DNA of 64,000 nt from NCBI RefSeq assembly GCF_036365525.1, contig NC_090399.1, positions 42,750,430 to 42,814,429 on the forward strand. Direction: 5' to 3'. Shown here in pieces: positions 1 to 10,010 of this stretch (positions are counted from its first letter, which is position 1; each line of letters opens with the position of its first letter). The position numbers and the translations under genes were made by a program. Origin of the DNA: Heterodontus francisci (lineage: Eukaryota). The notes below the pieces were generated by a model. That model did no database searches and was not told the DNA's origin. It saw nothing but the letters and a program-made list of their open reading frames with translations.

Positions 1-1716
1 CATTGGTAGGGTGTTGAATGAATACTTCACATCTGTCTTCACCCAAGAGAATGAGGATGTAGATATGGAACTCAAAGAGACTGTGAGGTTCTTGAGCAAA
101 TTGTCATAGGGAGTGACAAAGTATTGGAGGTTTTGGCAGGCTTAAAAGTGGACAAATCTCCAGGTCCAGACGATTTGTGTCCCAGGATGCTGTGGGAGGC
201 GAGGGTGGAGATTGCAGGGGCTCTGACCTTAATTTTTAATTCCTCTTTGGCCACGGGGGAGGTGCCAAAGGACTGGAGAACAGCTAAAGTGGTCCCACTA
301 TTTAAGAAAGGTTGTAGAGATAAGCCAGGGAACTACAGACCAGTGAGTCTCATGTCAGTGGTAGGGAAACTATTGGAGAAAATTCTGAAGGAGAGAATCT
401 ATCTCCACTTGGAGAGCCAAAATTTGATTAGGAATAGTTAACATGGCTTTGTCAGAGGGAGGTCATGCCTAACAAATTTGATTGAATTTTTTGAGCATGT
501 GACCAGGTGTGTCGATGAGGGTAGTGCAGTTGATGTAATTTACCTGGATTTCAGCAAAGCCTTTGACAAGGTCCCACATGGGAGACTTATCAAGAAAGCA
601 AATGCACATGGGATACAGGGTAACTTGATGAGATGGATTCAAAATTGGCTTAGCGTAGGAGACAGAGAGTGATGACAGACGGCTGTTTTAGTGACTGGAA
701 GCCAGTGTCCAGTGGCGTACCACAGGGATCTGTGCTGGGTCCCCTATTGTTTGTCATTTATATAAACGACATAGATGACTATGTGGGGGGCAGGATCAGT
801 AAGTTCACGGATGACACAAAGATTGGCCGAGTGGTTAACAGTGAGGTTGAGTGTCTTGGGTTACAGGAAGATATAGACGAGATGGTCAAGTGGGCAGAAA
901 AGTGACAGATGGAATTTAACCCTGAAAAGTGTGAGGTGATACACTTTGGAAGGAGTAATGTGACACGGAAGTATTCAATGAATGGCCTGACACTGGGAAG
1001 TTCCAAGGAACAAAGGGAACTTGCCGTGTTTGTCTATAGATCTCTGAAGGCAGAAGGGCAGGTTAATAGGGTGGTGAAAAAGGCATATGGGACACTTGCC
1101 TTTATCAATCGAGGCATAGATTACAAAAGCAGAGAGGTCATGTTGGAGTTGTATAGAACTTTGGTAAGGCCACAGCTGGAGTACTGTGTGCAATTCTGGT
1201 CGCCACATTATTGGAAGGTTGTGATTGCACTGGAGGGGTTCAGAGGAAATTCAGCAGGATGTTGCCTGGGATGGAACATTTAAGCTATGAAGAGAGGTTG
1301 GATAGGCTTGGGTTGTTCTCGCTGGAGCAGAGAAGACTGAGGGGTGACCTGATTGAGTTGTACAAGATTATGAGGGGCATGGACAGGGTGGATAGGGAGC
1401 AGCTGTTCTCTACTTGAAGGATCAGTTACGAGGGGACACAAGGTTAAGGTGAGGGGCAGGAGGTTTAAGGGGGATTTGAGGAAGAACTTTTTTGACAGTC
1501 TGGAATGCACTGCCTGGGAGGGTAGTAGAGGCGGGTTGCCTCACATCCTTTAAAAAGTACCTGGATGAGCACTTGGCATGTCATAACATTCAAGGCTATG
1601 GGCCAAGTACTGGCAAATGGGATTAGGTAGACAGAGAGGTATCTTTAATGCATCGGTGCAGACTCGATGGGCCGAAGGGCCTCTTCTGCACTGTATTATT
1701 CTGTGATTCTGTGATT
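1..1716 (+). mobile_element. CR1-clade LINE (HER1-like), decayed RT region and 3' end
   Basis: RT fragments [45 protein letters not shown] and [13 protein letters not shown], broken by stops and frameshifts. 3' tail ...GGGCCGAAGGGCC...(ATTCTGTG)2. Confidence 0.93.
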
Positions 1717-2352
1717 ATTTGAATATGCAGATTAAAATCACCCATGACAATTGCTGTGCCCTTCTTACATGCTTCCATTATTTCCCAATTTATACTTTGT
1801 CCTAAAATGAGGCAACTCTTCAGGGGGCCTACAGACGACTCCAACCCATGACTTCTTCCTCTTGCTATTCCTTATTCCCACCCAAACTTATTCCACATCA
1901 CAATCTATTGCACCTATATCACTACTCACCACCGCACTGATACCTTCCTTTATTAACAAAGCTACCCTACCTCCTTTTCCTTTTTACCTATTTTTCCGGA
2001 ACGTCGAATACCCTTGAATATTGAGTTCCCAGTCTTTGTCAGCCTGCAACCACGTCTCTGTAATTGCTATCAAGTCATATTCATTTATTTCTATTCATGC
2101 CATCAACTCATCTATCTTGTTACAAATGCTGTGTGATTTCAGATAAAGAGCCTTAAGCTTTGACTTTTTACCATTATTACTCATTCTGGTTCTAATTTCT
2201 GCTGCACTCTTCTGCTTATAATTTCTTCCCCTTCCTGTCACACTTTGATTACCATTCACCTCTTCATTATCCTGCACCTCTGCTCTCTCGTTTCTTTTTG
2301 ATTTTTTAAACGTCCCTTCAATTGAACCCTCCCCCCAACTAATTAGTTTATT
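1717..2352 (-). mobile_element. CR1-clade LINE fragment, endonuclease N-terminal region
   Basis: Minus-strand ORFs read LKALYLKSHSICNKIDELMA and KKGTAIVMGDFNLH, both APE-endonuclease motifs. Confidence 0.85.
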
Positions 2353-3584
2353 CACTGACCGAGGGTTAATGCCCCAGTACCCAGTCTGGCACTGCCCCTC
2401 TCACACCCCATCACTCACTGACTGAGGGTTAATGCCCCAGTACCCAGTCTGGCACTGTCCCTCTCACAACCCATTCCTCACTGACCGAGGGTTAATGCCC
2501 CAATACCCAGTCTGGCACTGTCCCTCTCACAACCCATTACTCACTGACTGAGGGTTAATGCCCCAAGTACCCAGCTTGGCACTGTCCCTCTCACACCCCA
2601 TTACTCACTGACTGAGGGTTAATGCCCCAGTCCCCAGTCTGGCACTGTCCCTCTCACAACCCATTCCTCACTGACCGAGGGTTAATGCCCCAATCCCCAG
2701 TCTGGCACTGTCCCTCTCACAACCCATTACTCACTGACTGAGGGTTAATGCCCCAATACCCAGTCTGGCACTGTCCCTCTCACACCCCATTACTCACTGA
2801 CTGAGGGTTAATGCCCCAGTACCCAGTCTGGCACTATCCCTGTCACAACCCATTACTCACTGACTGAGGGTTAATGCCCCAGTACCCAGTCTGGCACTGT
2901 CCCTGTCACAACCCATTACTCACTGACTGAGGGTTAATGCCCCAGTACCCAGTCTGGCACTGTCCCTCTCACACCCCATCACTCACTGACTGAGGGTTAA
3001 TGCCCCAATACCCAGTCTGGCACTGTCCCTCTCACACCCCATTACTCACTGACTGAGGGTTAATGCCCCAGTACCCAGTCTGGCACTGTCCCTCTCACAA
3101 CCCATTCCTCACTGACCGAGGGTTAATGCCCCAGTACCCAGTCTGGCACTATCCCTGTCACAACCCATTACTCACTGACTGAGGGTTAATGCCCCAGTAC
3201 CCAGTCTGGCACTATCCCTGTCACAACCCATTTCTCACTGACTGAGGGTTAATGCCCCAGTACCCAGTCTGGCACTTTCCCTCTCACACCCCATCACTCA
3301 CTGACTGAGGGTTAATGCCCCAATACCCAGTCTGGCACTGCCCCTCTCACACCCCATTACTCACTGATTGAGGGTTAATGCCCCAGTACCCAGTCTGGCA
3401 CTGTCCCTCTCACAACCCATTCCTCACTGACCGAGGGTTAATGCCCCAGTACCCAGTCTGGCACTTTCCCTCTCACACCCCATCACTCACTGACTGAGGG
3501 TTAATGCCCCAATACCCAGTCTGGCACTGTCCCTCTCACACCCCATTACTCACTGACTGAGGGTTAATGCCCCAGTACCCAGTC
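2352..3584. repeat. 63-bp minisatellite, block 1 (~19.5 units)
   Basis: Unit CACTGACTGAGGGTTAATGCCCCAGTACCCAGTCTGGCACTGTCCCTCTCACACCCCATTACT. Confidence 0.97.
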
Positions 3585-3612
3585 GAGATAAGGAGGCCCA
3601 AAAGAAAAGAAA
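3583..3612 (+). mobile_element. ~30-nt 3' terminal fragment of the RTE element
   Basis: TCGAGATAAGGAGGCCCAAAAGAAAAGAAA is identical to the RTE 3' end at 6916-6945. Confidence 0.95.
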
Positions 3613-4343
3613 ACTCATTCTGGTTCTAATTTCTGCTGCACTCTTCTGCTTATAATTTCTTCCCCTTCCTGTCACACTTTGATTACCATTCACCTCTTCA
3701 TTATCCTGCACCTCTGCTCTCTCGTTTCTTTTTGATTTTTTAAACGTCCCTTCAATTGAACCCTCCCCCCAACTAATTAGTTTATTCACTGACCGAGGGT
3801 TAATGCCCCAGTACCCAGTCTGGCACTGCCCCTCTCACACCCCATCACTCACTGACTGAGGGTTAATGCCCCAGTACCCAGTCTGGCACTGTCCCTCTCA
3901 CAACCCATTCCTCACTGACCGAGGGTTAATGCCCCAATACCCAGTCTGGCACTGTCCCTCTCACAACCCATTACTCACTGACTGAGGGTTAATGCCCCAA
4001 GTACCCAGCTTGGCACTGTCCCTCTCACACCCCATTACTCACTGACTGAGGGTTAATGCCCCAGTCCCCAGTCTGGCACTGTCCCTCTCACAACCCATTC
4101 CTCACTGACCGAGGGTTAATGCCCCAATCCCCAGTCTGGCACTGTCCCTCTCACAACCCATTACTCACTGACTGAGGGTTAATGCCCCAATACCCAGTCT
4201 GGCACTGTCCCTCTCACACCCCATTACTCACTGACTGAGGGTTAATGCCCCAGTACCCAGTCTGGCACTATCCCTGTCACAACCCATTACTCACTGACTG
4301 AGGGTTAATGCCCCAGTACCCAGTCTGGCACTGTCCCTGTCAC
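3613..4343 (+). repeat. 731-bp direct copy of 2179-2909 (CR1 fragment plus ~9 units of the 63-bp minisatellite)
   Basis: Same start (ACTCATTCTGG) and same order of unit variants. The rare variant CCCCAAGTACCCAGCTTGGC recurs at offset 1434. Confidence 0.95.
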
Positions 4344-6945
4344 CAGGTTTCATGGAGGCACCCAAGATCACGTCGTTGGCACCAGCTAGACCTCATTGTC
4401 ACAAGGCGAGCCGCCTTAAACAGTGTTCAAATCACACGCAGCTTCCACAGTGCGGACTGCGACACCGACCACTCCCTGGTGTGCAGCAAGGTTAGACTCA
4501 GACCAAAGAAGTTGCATCATTCCAAGCAGAAGGGCCACCCGCGCATCAACACGAGCAGAATTTCTCACCCACAGCTGTTACAAAAATTTCTAAATTCACT
4601 TGTAACAGCCCTTCAAAACACTCCCACAGGGGATGCTGAGACCAAGTGGGCCCACATCAGAGACGCCATCTATGAGTCAGCTTTGACCACCTACGGCAAA
4701 AGTGCGAAGAGAAATGCAGACTGGTTTCAATCTCATAATGAAGAGCTGGAACCTGTCATAGCCGCTAAGCGCATTGCACTTTTGAACTACAAGAAAGCCC
4801 CCAGCGATTTAACATCCGCAGCACTTAAAGCAGCCAGAAGTACTGCACAAAGAACAGCTAGGCGTTGCGCAAACGACTACTGGCAACACCTATGCAGCCA
4901 TATTCAGCTGGCCTCAGACACCGGAAACATCAGAGGAATGTATGATGGCATGAAGAGAGCTCTTGGGCCAACCATCAAGAAGATCACCCCCCTCAAATCT
5001 AAATCGGGGGACATAATCACTGACCAACGCAAACAGATGGACCGCTGGGTTGAGCACTACCTAGAACTGTACTCCAGGGAGAATGCTGTCACTGAGACTG
5101 CCCTCAATGCAGCCCAGCCTCTACCAGTCATGGATGAGCTGGACATACAGCCAACCAAATCGGAACTCAGTGATGCCATTGATTCCCTAGCCAGCGGAAA
5201 AGCCCCTGGGAAGGACAGCATTACCCCTGAAATAATCAAGAGTGCCAAGCCTGCTATACTCTCAGCACTACATGAACTGCTATGCCTGTGCTGGGACGAG
5301 GGAGCAGTACCCCAGGACATGCGCGATGCCAACATCATCACCCTCTATAAAAACAAAGGTGACCGCGGTGACTGCAACAACTACCGTGGAATCTCCCTGC
5401 TCAGCATAGTGGGGAAAGTCTTTGCTCGAGTCGCTCTGAACAGGCTCCAGAAGCTGGCCGAGCGCGTCTACCCTGAGGCACAGTGTGGCTTTCGTGCAGA
5501 GAGATCGACTATTGACATGCTGTTCTCCCTTCGTCAGATACAGGAGAAATGCCGTGAACAACAGATGCCCCTCTACATTGCTTTCATTGATCTCACCAAA
5601 GCCTTTGACCTCGTCAGCAGACGTGGTCTCTTCAGACTACTAGAAAAGATCGGATGTCCACCAAAGCTACTAAGTATCATCACCTCATTCCATGACAATA
5701 TGAAAGGCACAATTCAACATGGTGGCTCCTCATCAGAGCCCTTTCCTATCCTGAGTGGTGTGAAACAGGGCTGTGTTCTCGCACCCACACTTTTTGGGAT
5801 TTTCTTCTCCCTGCTGCTTTCACATGCGTTCAAATCCTCTGAAGAAGGAATTTTCCTCCACACAAGATCAGGGGGCAGGTTGTTCAACCTTGCCCGTCTA
5901 AGAGCGAAGTCCAAAGTACGGAAAGTCCTCATCAGAGAACTCCTCTTTGCTGACGATGCTGCTTTAACATCTCACACTGAAGAATGCCTGCAGAGTCTCA
6001 TCGACAGGTTTGCGTCTGCCTGCAATGAATTTGGCCTAACCATCAGCCTCAAGAAAACGAACATCATGGGGCAGGATGTCAGAAATGCTCCATCCATCAA
6101 TATTGGCGACCACGCTCTGGAAGTGGTTCAAGAGTTCACCTACCTAGGCTCAACTATCACCAGTAACCTGTCTCTAGATGCAGAAATCAACAAGCGCATG
6201 GGTAAGGCTTCCACTGCTATGTTCAGACTGGCCAAGAGAGTGTGGGAAAATGGCGCACTGACACGGAACACAAAAGTCCGAGTGTATCAGGCCTGTGTCC
6301 TCAGTACCTTGCTCTACGGCAGCGAGGCCTGGACAACGTATGCCAGCCAAGAGCGACGTCTCAATTCATTCCATCTTCGCTGCCTTCGGAGAATACTTGG
6401 CATCAGGTGGCAGGACTATATCTCCAACACAGAAGTCCTTGAAGCGGCCAACATCCCCAGCTTATACACACTACTGAGTCAGCGGCGCTTGAGATGGCTT
6501 GGCCATGTGAGCCGCATGGAAGATGGCAGGATCCCCAAAGACACATTGTACAGCGAGCTCGCCACTGGTATCAGACCCACCGGCCGTCCATGTCTCCGTT
6601 ATAAAGACGTCTGCAAACGCGACATGAAATCGTGTGACATTGATCACAAGTCGTGGGAGTCAGTTGCCAGCATTCGCCAGAGCTGGCGGGCAGCCATAAA
6701 GACAGGGCTAAATTGTGGCGAGTCGAAGAGACTTAGTAGTTGGCAGGAAAAAAGACAGAGGCGCAAGGGGAGAGCCAACTGTGCAACAGCCCCAACAAAC
6801 AAATTTCTCTGCAGCACCTGTGGAAGAGCCTGTCACTCCAGAATTGGCCTTTATAGCCACTCCAGGCGCTGCTTCACAAACCACTGACCACCTCCAGGCG
6901 CGTATCCATTGTCTCTCGAGATAAGGAGGCCCAAAAGAAAAGAAA
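4335..6945 (+). mobile_element. RTE-clade LINE, 5'-truncated and young
   Basis: Starts inside the endonuclease domain (HQVSWRHPRS..QLD..SADCDTDH). Has a short 3' UTR and an (AAAAG)n tail. Confidence 0.95.
4344..6887 (+). CDS. RTE ORF: endonuclease C-terminus, reverse transcriptase and C-terminal C2H2-type zinc finger; uninterrupted but 5'-truncated
   Basis: No internal stops. Motifs NYRGISLL, FIDLTKAFD, GVKQGCVLAP, LLFADD, FTYLGS and CSTCGRACHSRIGLYSH. Confidence 0.93.
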   Translation, partial: QVSWRHPRSRRWHQLDLIVTRRAALNSVQITRSFHSADCDTDHSLVCSKVRLRPKKLHHSKQKGHPRINTSRISHPQLLQKFLNSLVTALQNTPTGDAETKWAHIRDAIYESALTTYGKSAKRNADWFQSHNEELEPVIAAKRIALLNYKKAPSDLTSAALKAARSTAQRTARRCANDYWQHLCSHIQLASDTGNIRGMYDGMKRALGPTIKKITPLKSKSGDIITDQRKQMDRWVEHYLELYSRENAVTETALNAAQPLPVMDELDIQPTKSELSDAIDSLASGKAPGKDSITPEIIKSAKPAILSALHELLCLCWDEGAVPQDMRDANIITLYKNKGDRGDCNNYRGISLLSIVGKVFARVALNRLQKLAERVYPEAQCGFRAERSTIDMLFSLRQIQEKCREQQMPLYIAFIDLTKAFDLVSRRGLFRLLEKIGCPPKLLSIITSFHDNMKGTIQHGGSSSEPFPILSGVKQGCVLAPTLFGIFFSLLLSHAFKSSEEGIFLHTRSGGRLFNLARLRAKSKVRKVLIRELLFADDAALTSHTEECLQSLIDRFASACNEFGLTISLKKTNIMGQDVRNAPSINIGDHALEVVQEFTYLGSTITSNLSLDAEINKRMGKASTAMFRLAKRVWENGALTRNTKVRVYQACVLSTLLYGSEAWTTYASQERRLNSFHLRCLRRILGIRWQDYISNTEVLEAANIPSLYTLLSQRRLRWLGHVSRMEDGRIPKDTLYSELATGIRPTGRPCLRYKDVCKRDMKSCDIDHKSWESVASIRQSWRAAIKTGLNCGESKRLSSWQEKRQRRKGRANCATAPTNKFLCSTCGRACHSRIGLYSHSRRCFTNH

Positions 6946-8572
6946 ACTCATTCTGGTTCTAATTTCTGCTGCACTCTTCTGCTTATAATTTCTTCCCCTT
7001 CCTGTCACACTTTGATTACCATTCACCTCTTCATTATCCTGCACCTCTGCTCTCTCGTTTCTTTTTGATTTTTTAAACGTCCCTTCAATTGAACCCTCCC
7101 CCCAACTAATTAGTTTATTCACTGACCGAGGGTTAATGCCCCAGTACCCAGTCTGGCACTGCCCCTCTCACACCCCATCACTCACTGACTGAGGGTTAAT
7201 GCCCCAGTACCCAGTCTGGCACTGTCCCTCTCACAACCCATTCCTCACTGACCGAGGGTTAATGCCCCAATACCCAGTCTGGCACTGTCCCTCTCACAAC
7301 CCATTACTCACTGACTGAGGGTTAATGCCCCAAGTACCCAGCTTGGCACTGTCCCTCTCACACCCCATTACTCACTGACTGAGGGTTAATGCCCCAGTCC
7401 CCAGTCTGGCACTGTCCCTCTCACAACCCATTCCTCACTGACCGAGGGTTAATGCCCCAATCCCCAGTCTGGCACTGTCCCTCTCACAACCCATTACTCA
7501 CTGACTGAGGGTTAATGCCCCAATACCCAGTCTGGCACTGTCCCTCTCACACCCCATTACTCACTGACTGAGGGTTAATGCCCCAGTACCCAGTCTGGCA
7601 CTATCCCTGTCACAACCCATTACTCACTGACTGAGGGTTAATGCCCCAGTACCCAGTCTGGCACTGTCCCTGTCACAACCCATTACTCACTGACTGAGGG
7701 TTAATGCCCCAGTACCCAGTCTGGCACTGTCCCTCTCACACCCCATCACTCACTGACTGAGGGTTAATGCCCCAATACCCAGTCTGGCACTGTCCCTCTC
7801 ACACCCCATTACTCACTGACTGAGGGTTAATGCCCCAGTACCCAGTCTGGCACTGTCCCTCTCACAACCCATTCCTCACTGACCGAGGGTTAATGCCCCA
7901 GTACCCAGTCTGGCACTATCCCTGTCACAACCCATTACTCACTGACTGAGGGTTAATGCCCCAGTACCCAGTCTGGCACTATCCCTGTCACAACCCATTT
8001 CTCACTGACTGAGGGTTAATGCCCCAGTACCCAGTCTGGCACTTTCCCTCTCACACCCCATCACTCACTGACTGAGGGTTAATGCCCCAATACCCAGTCT
8101 GGCACTGCCCCTCTCACACCCCATTACTCACTGATTGAGGGTTAATGCCCCAGTACCCAGTCTGGCACTGTCCCTCTCACAACCCATTCCTCACTGACCG
8201 AGGGTTAATGCCCCAGTACCCAGTCTGGCACTTTCCCTCTCACACCCCATCACTCACTGACTGAGGGTTAATGCCCCAATACCCAGTCTGGCACTGTCCC
8301 TCTCACACCCCATTACTCACTGACTGAGGGTTAATGCCCCAGTACCCAGTCTGGCACTATCCCTGTCACAACCCATTACTCACTGACTGAGGGTTAATGC
8401 CCCAGTACCCAGTCTGGCACTATCCCTGTCACAACCCATTACTCACTGACTGAGGGTTAATGCCCCAGTACCCAGTCTGGCACTGTCCCTCTCACACCCC
8501 ATTACTCACTGACTGAGGGTTAATGCCCCAATACCCAGTTTGGCACTGTCCCTCTCACAACCCATTACTCAC
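6946..8572 (+). repeat. Third copy of the target segment: CR1 fragment plus 63-bp minisatellite (~23 units, ~7119-8572)
   Basis: 6946-8351 matches 2179-3584 at offset 4767, including the rare variants at 7328 and 8131. Confidence 0.95.
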
Positions 8573-8621
8573 CTGCAGAGACCCCTCCACACAGAAGGAC
8601 CAGCACTATCAGTCCAATCAT
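8573..8621 (-). CDS. Signal-peptide (leader) exon 1, probably of an MHC class I heavy-chain gene; downstream exons are not in the window
   Basis: ATG at 8621 gives MIGLIVLVLLCGGVSA plus a phase-1 G, then the donor G|GTGAGT. This matches my recollection of shark class I leaders ending in LLCGGVSA. The linked SXY-type module supports the call. Confidence 0.68.
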
Positions 8622-8806
8622 TGTTGCTTCTCTCGACAGGCTGCAAAGAACAATTTGTGGGAAATCCTTTCCAAAAGACTGTTGCTTCTCAGTCTGTGAG
8701 CTGTGCCCTGTATTGATGGTGATAAACTCTGTTGCGGATAAATCAGACTGCTCCAGACTGATTGGACAGTAACTTATTGTCAAGCCAATCAAATTTAAAA
8801 CAAACT
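8622..8806 (-). promoter_or_regulatory. Proximal promoter and 5' UTR of the leader exon
   Basis: Two opposite-orientation CCAAT boxes (CTGATTGG at ~8758-8765, CCAAT at ~8785-8789) and a kB-like GGGAAATCC at ~8659-8667. Confidence 0.5.
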
Positions 8807-8953
8807 ATGAATCATCAGGCTCCAAGCAGAATAGTTCCAGACAGATTGACTCAGGAGCCCCAACAAAATAACAAACAAGACCGCATTTGTTGACAACGCG
8901 AACGGTAGGTGGCGCTGTTTTGGCACATGCGCAAATACAGCATGTATATACAG

Positions 8954-9400
8954 GGAAGGAGAGAAGGGGAGGAAGGAAAGGGGGAGGGAGGAAGGAAAGA
9001 GGGGGAGGGAGGAGGAAAGAGGGGGAGGGAGGAGGAAAGAGGGAGTGGGGGAGGGAGGAAAGAGTAGTGGGGGAGGGAGGAAAGAGGGAGTGGGGAAGGA
9101 AAGAGGGGGAGGGGGAAAAGGAAAGAGGAGGAGGGGGAGGGGGAAGGAAAGAGGGGGGTGAGGAAAGAGGGGGAGGGAGGAGGAAAGAGGGAGCGGTGGG
9201 GGAGGGAGGAAAGAGGGAGTGGGGGAGGGAGAAAAGAGAGGAAGGAGAAGAGGGAGGGGGGAAGGAAAGAGGGGGAGGGGGAAAAGGAAAGAGGGGGAGG
9301 GGGAAGGAAAAAGGGGGGTGAGGAAAGAGGGAGTGGAGGGGGAAAGAGGGAGAGGGCGGAGCGTGGGGGGAGAGGGAGGGAGGGGAGAGTGGGGGGGGAG
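8954..9400 (+). repeat. Polypurine (G/A) low-complexity tract
   Basis: Degenerate GGGAGGAGGAAAGAGGG-type repeats with almost no pyrimidines. Confidence 0.9.
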
Positions 9401-9659
9401 CAGCGGAGCGGAAGAGGAGTGCCTTTTTCTGTGCATGCGCCAGAAACACAACAGCAAAAGACTTGCTGGCCAGTCCCTGGACCCGGCGACACCAATGTCT
9501 TCGCACGCTCGCTCCCCGCAGCTCTCTGCGGCCTCTCGCTTCCAGCCCTCTCCATTCAGCCGTTCCCTCCAGCTGCGGATGCCCAATCCAGTTGCTTCTC
9601 CCCTATTTCTCCACTGTACTTCAGGCATTGCAACTGTCTGGTCCCTGCATTTTGCATGC

Positions 9660-10010
9660 TCCCTCTCCCCTCCCCTCCCCCCTCTCCATCTTCACCTCCC
9701 CCTCTTCACCCACCCCTCCCTCCCCCTCTTCATCCACCCCTCCTCTACCCCGCTACCTCCACCCCTCCCTCTACCCCTCCCTCTACCCCCCTACCTCCAC
9801 CCCTCCCTCTACCCCCCTACCTCCACCCCTCCCTCTACCCCCCTACCTCCACCCCTCTACCTCCACCCCTCCCTCTACCCCCCTACCTCCACCCCTCCCT
9901 CTACCTCCACCCCTCCCTCTACCCTGCTACCTCTACCCCCCTACCTCCACCCCTCCCTCTACCCCCCTACCTCCACCCCTCCCTCTACCCTCCTACCTCC
10001 ACCCCTCCAC
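9660..10010 (+). repeat. C-rich tandem repeat (~27-bp CCTCCACCCCTCCCTCTACCCCCCTAC)
   Basis: Directly visible; G-run-rich on the minus strand. Confidence 0.9.

Noticed and set aside
2095-7122. Three near-identical MNKLISWGEG.. ORFs as a small gene family
   Set aside because: They are the triplicated CR1 fragment within the duplicated target segment.
1-8572. MHC class I alpha1/alpha2 exons downstream of the leader
   Set aside because: This span is fully explained by CR1, RTE and minisatellite sequence. Exon 2 is outside the window or lost, so the MHC call rests on the leader and promoter only.
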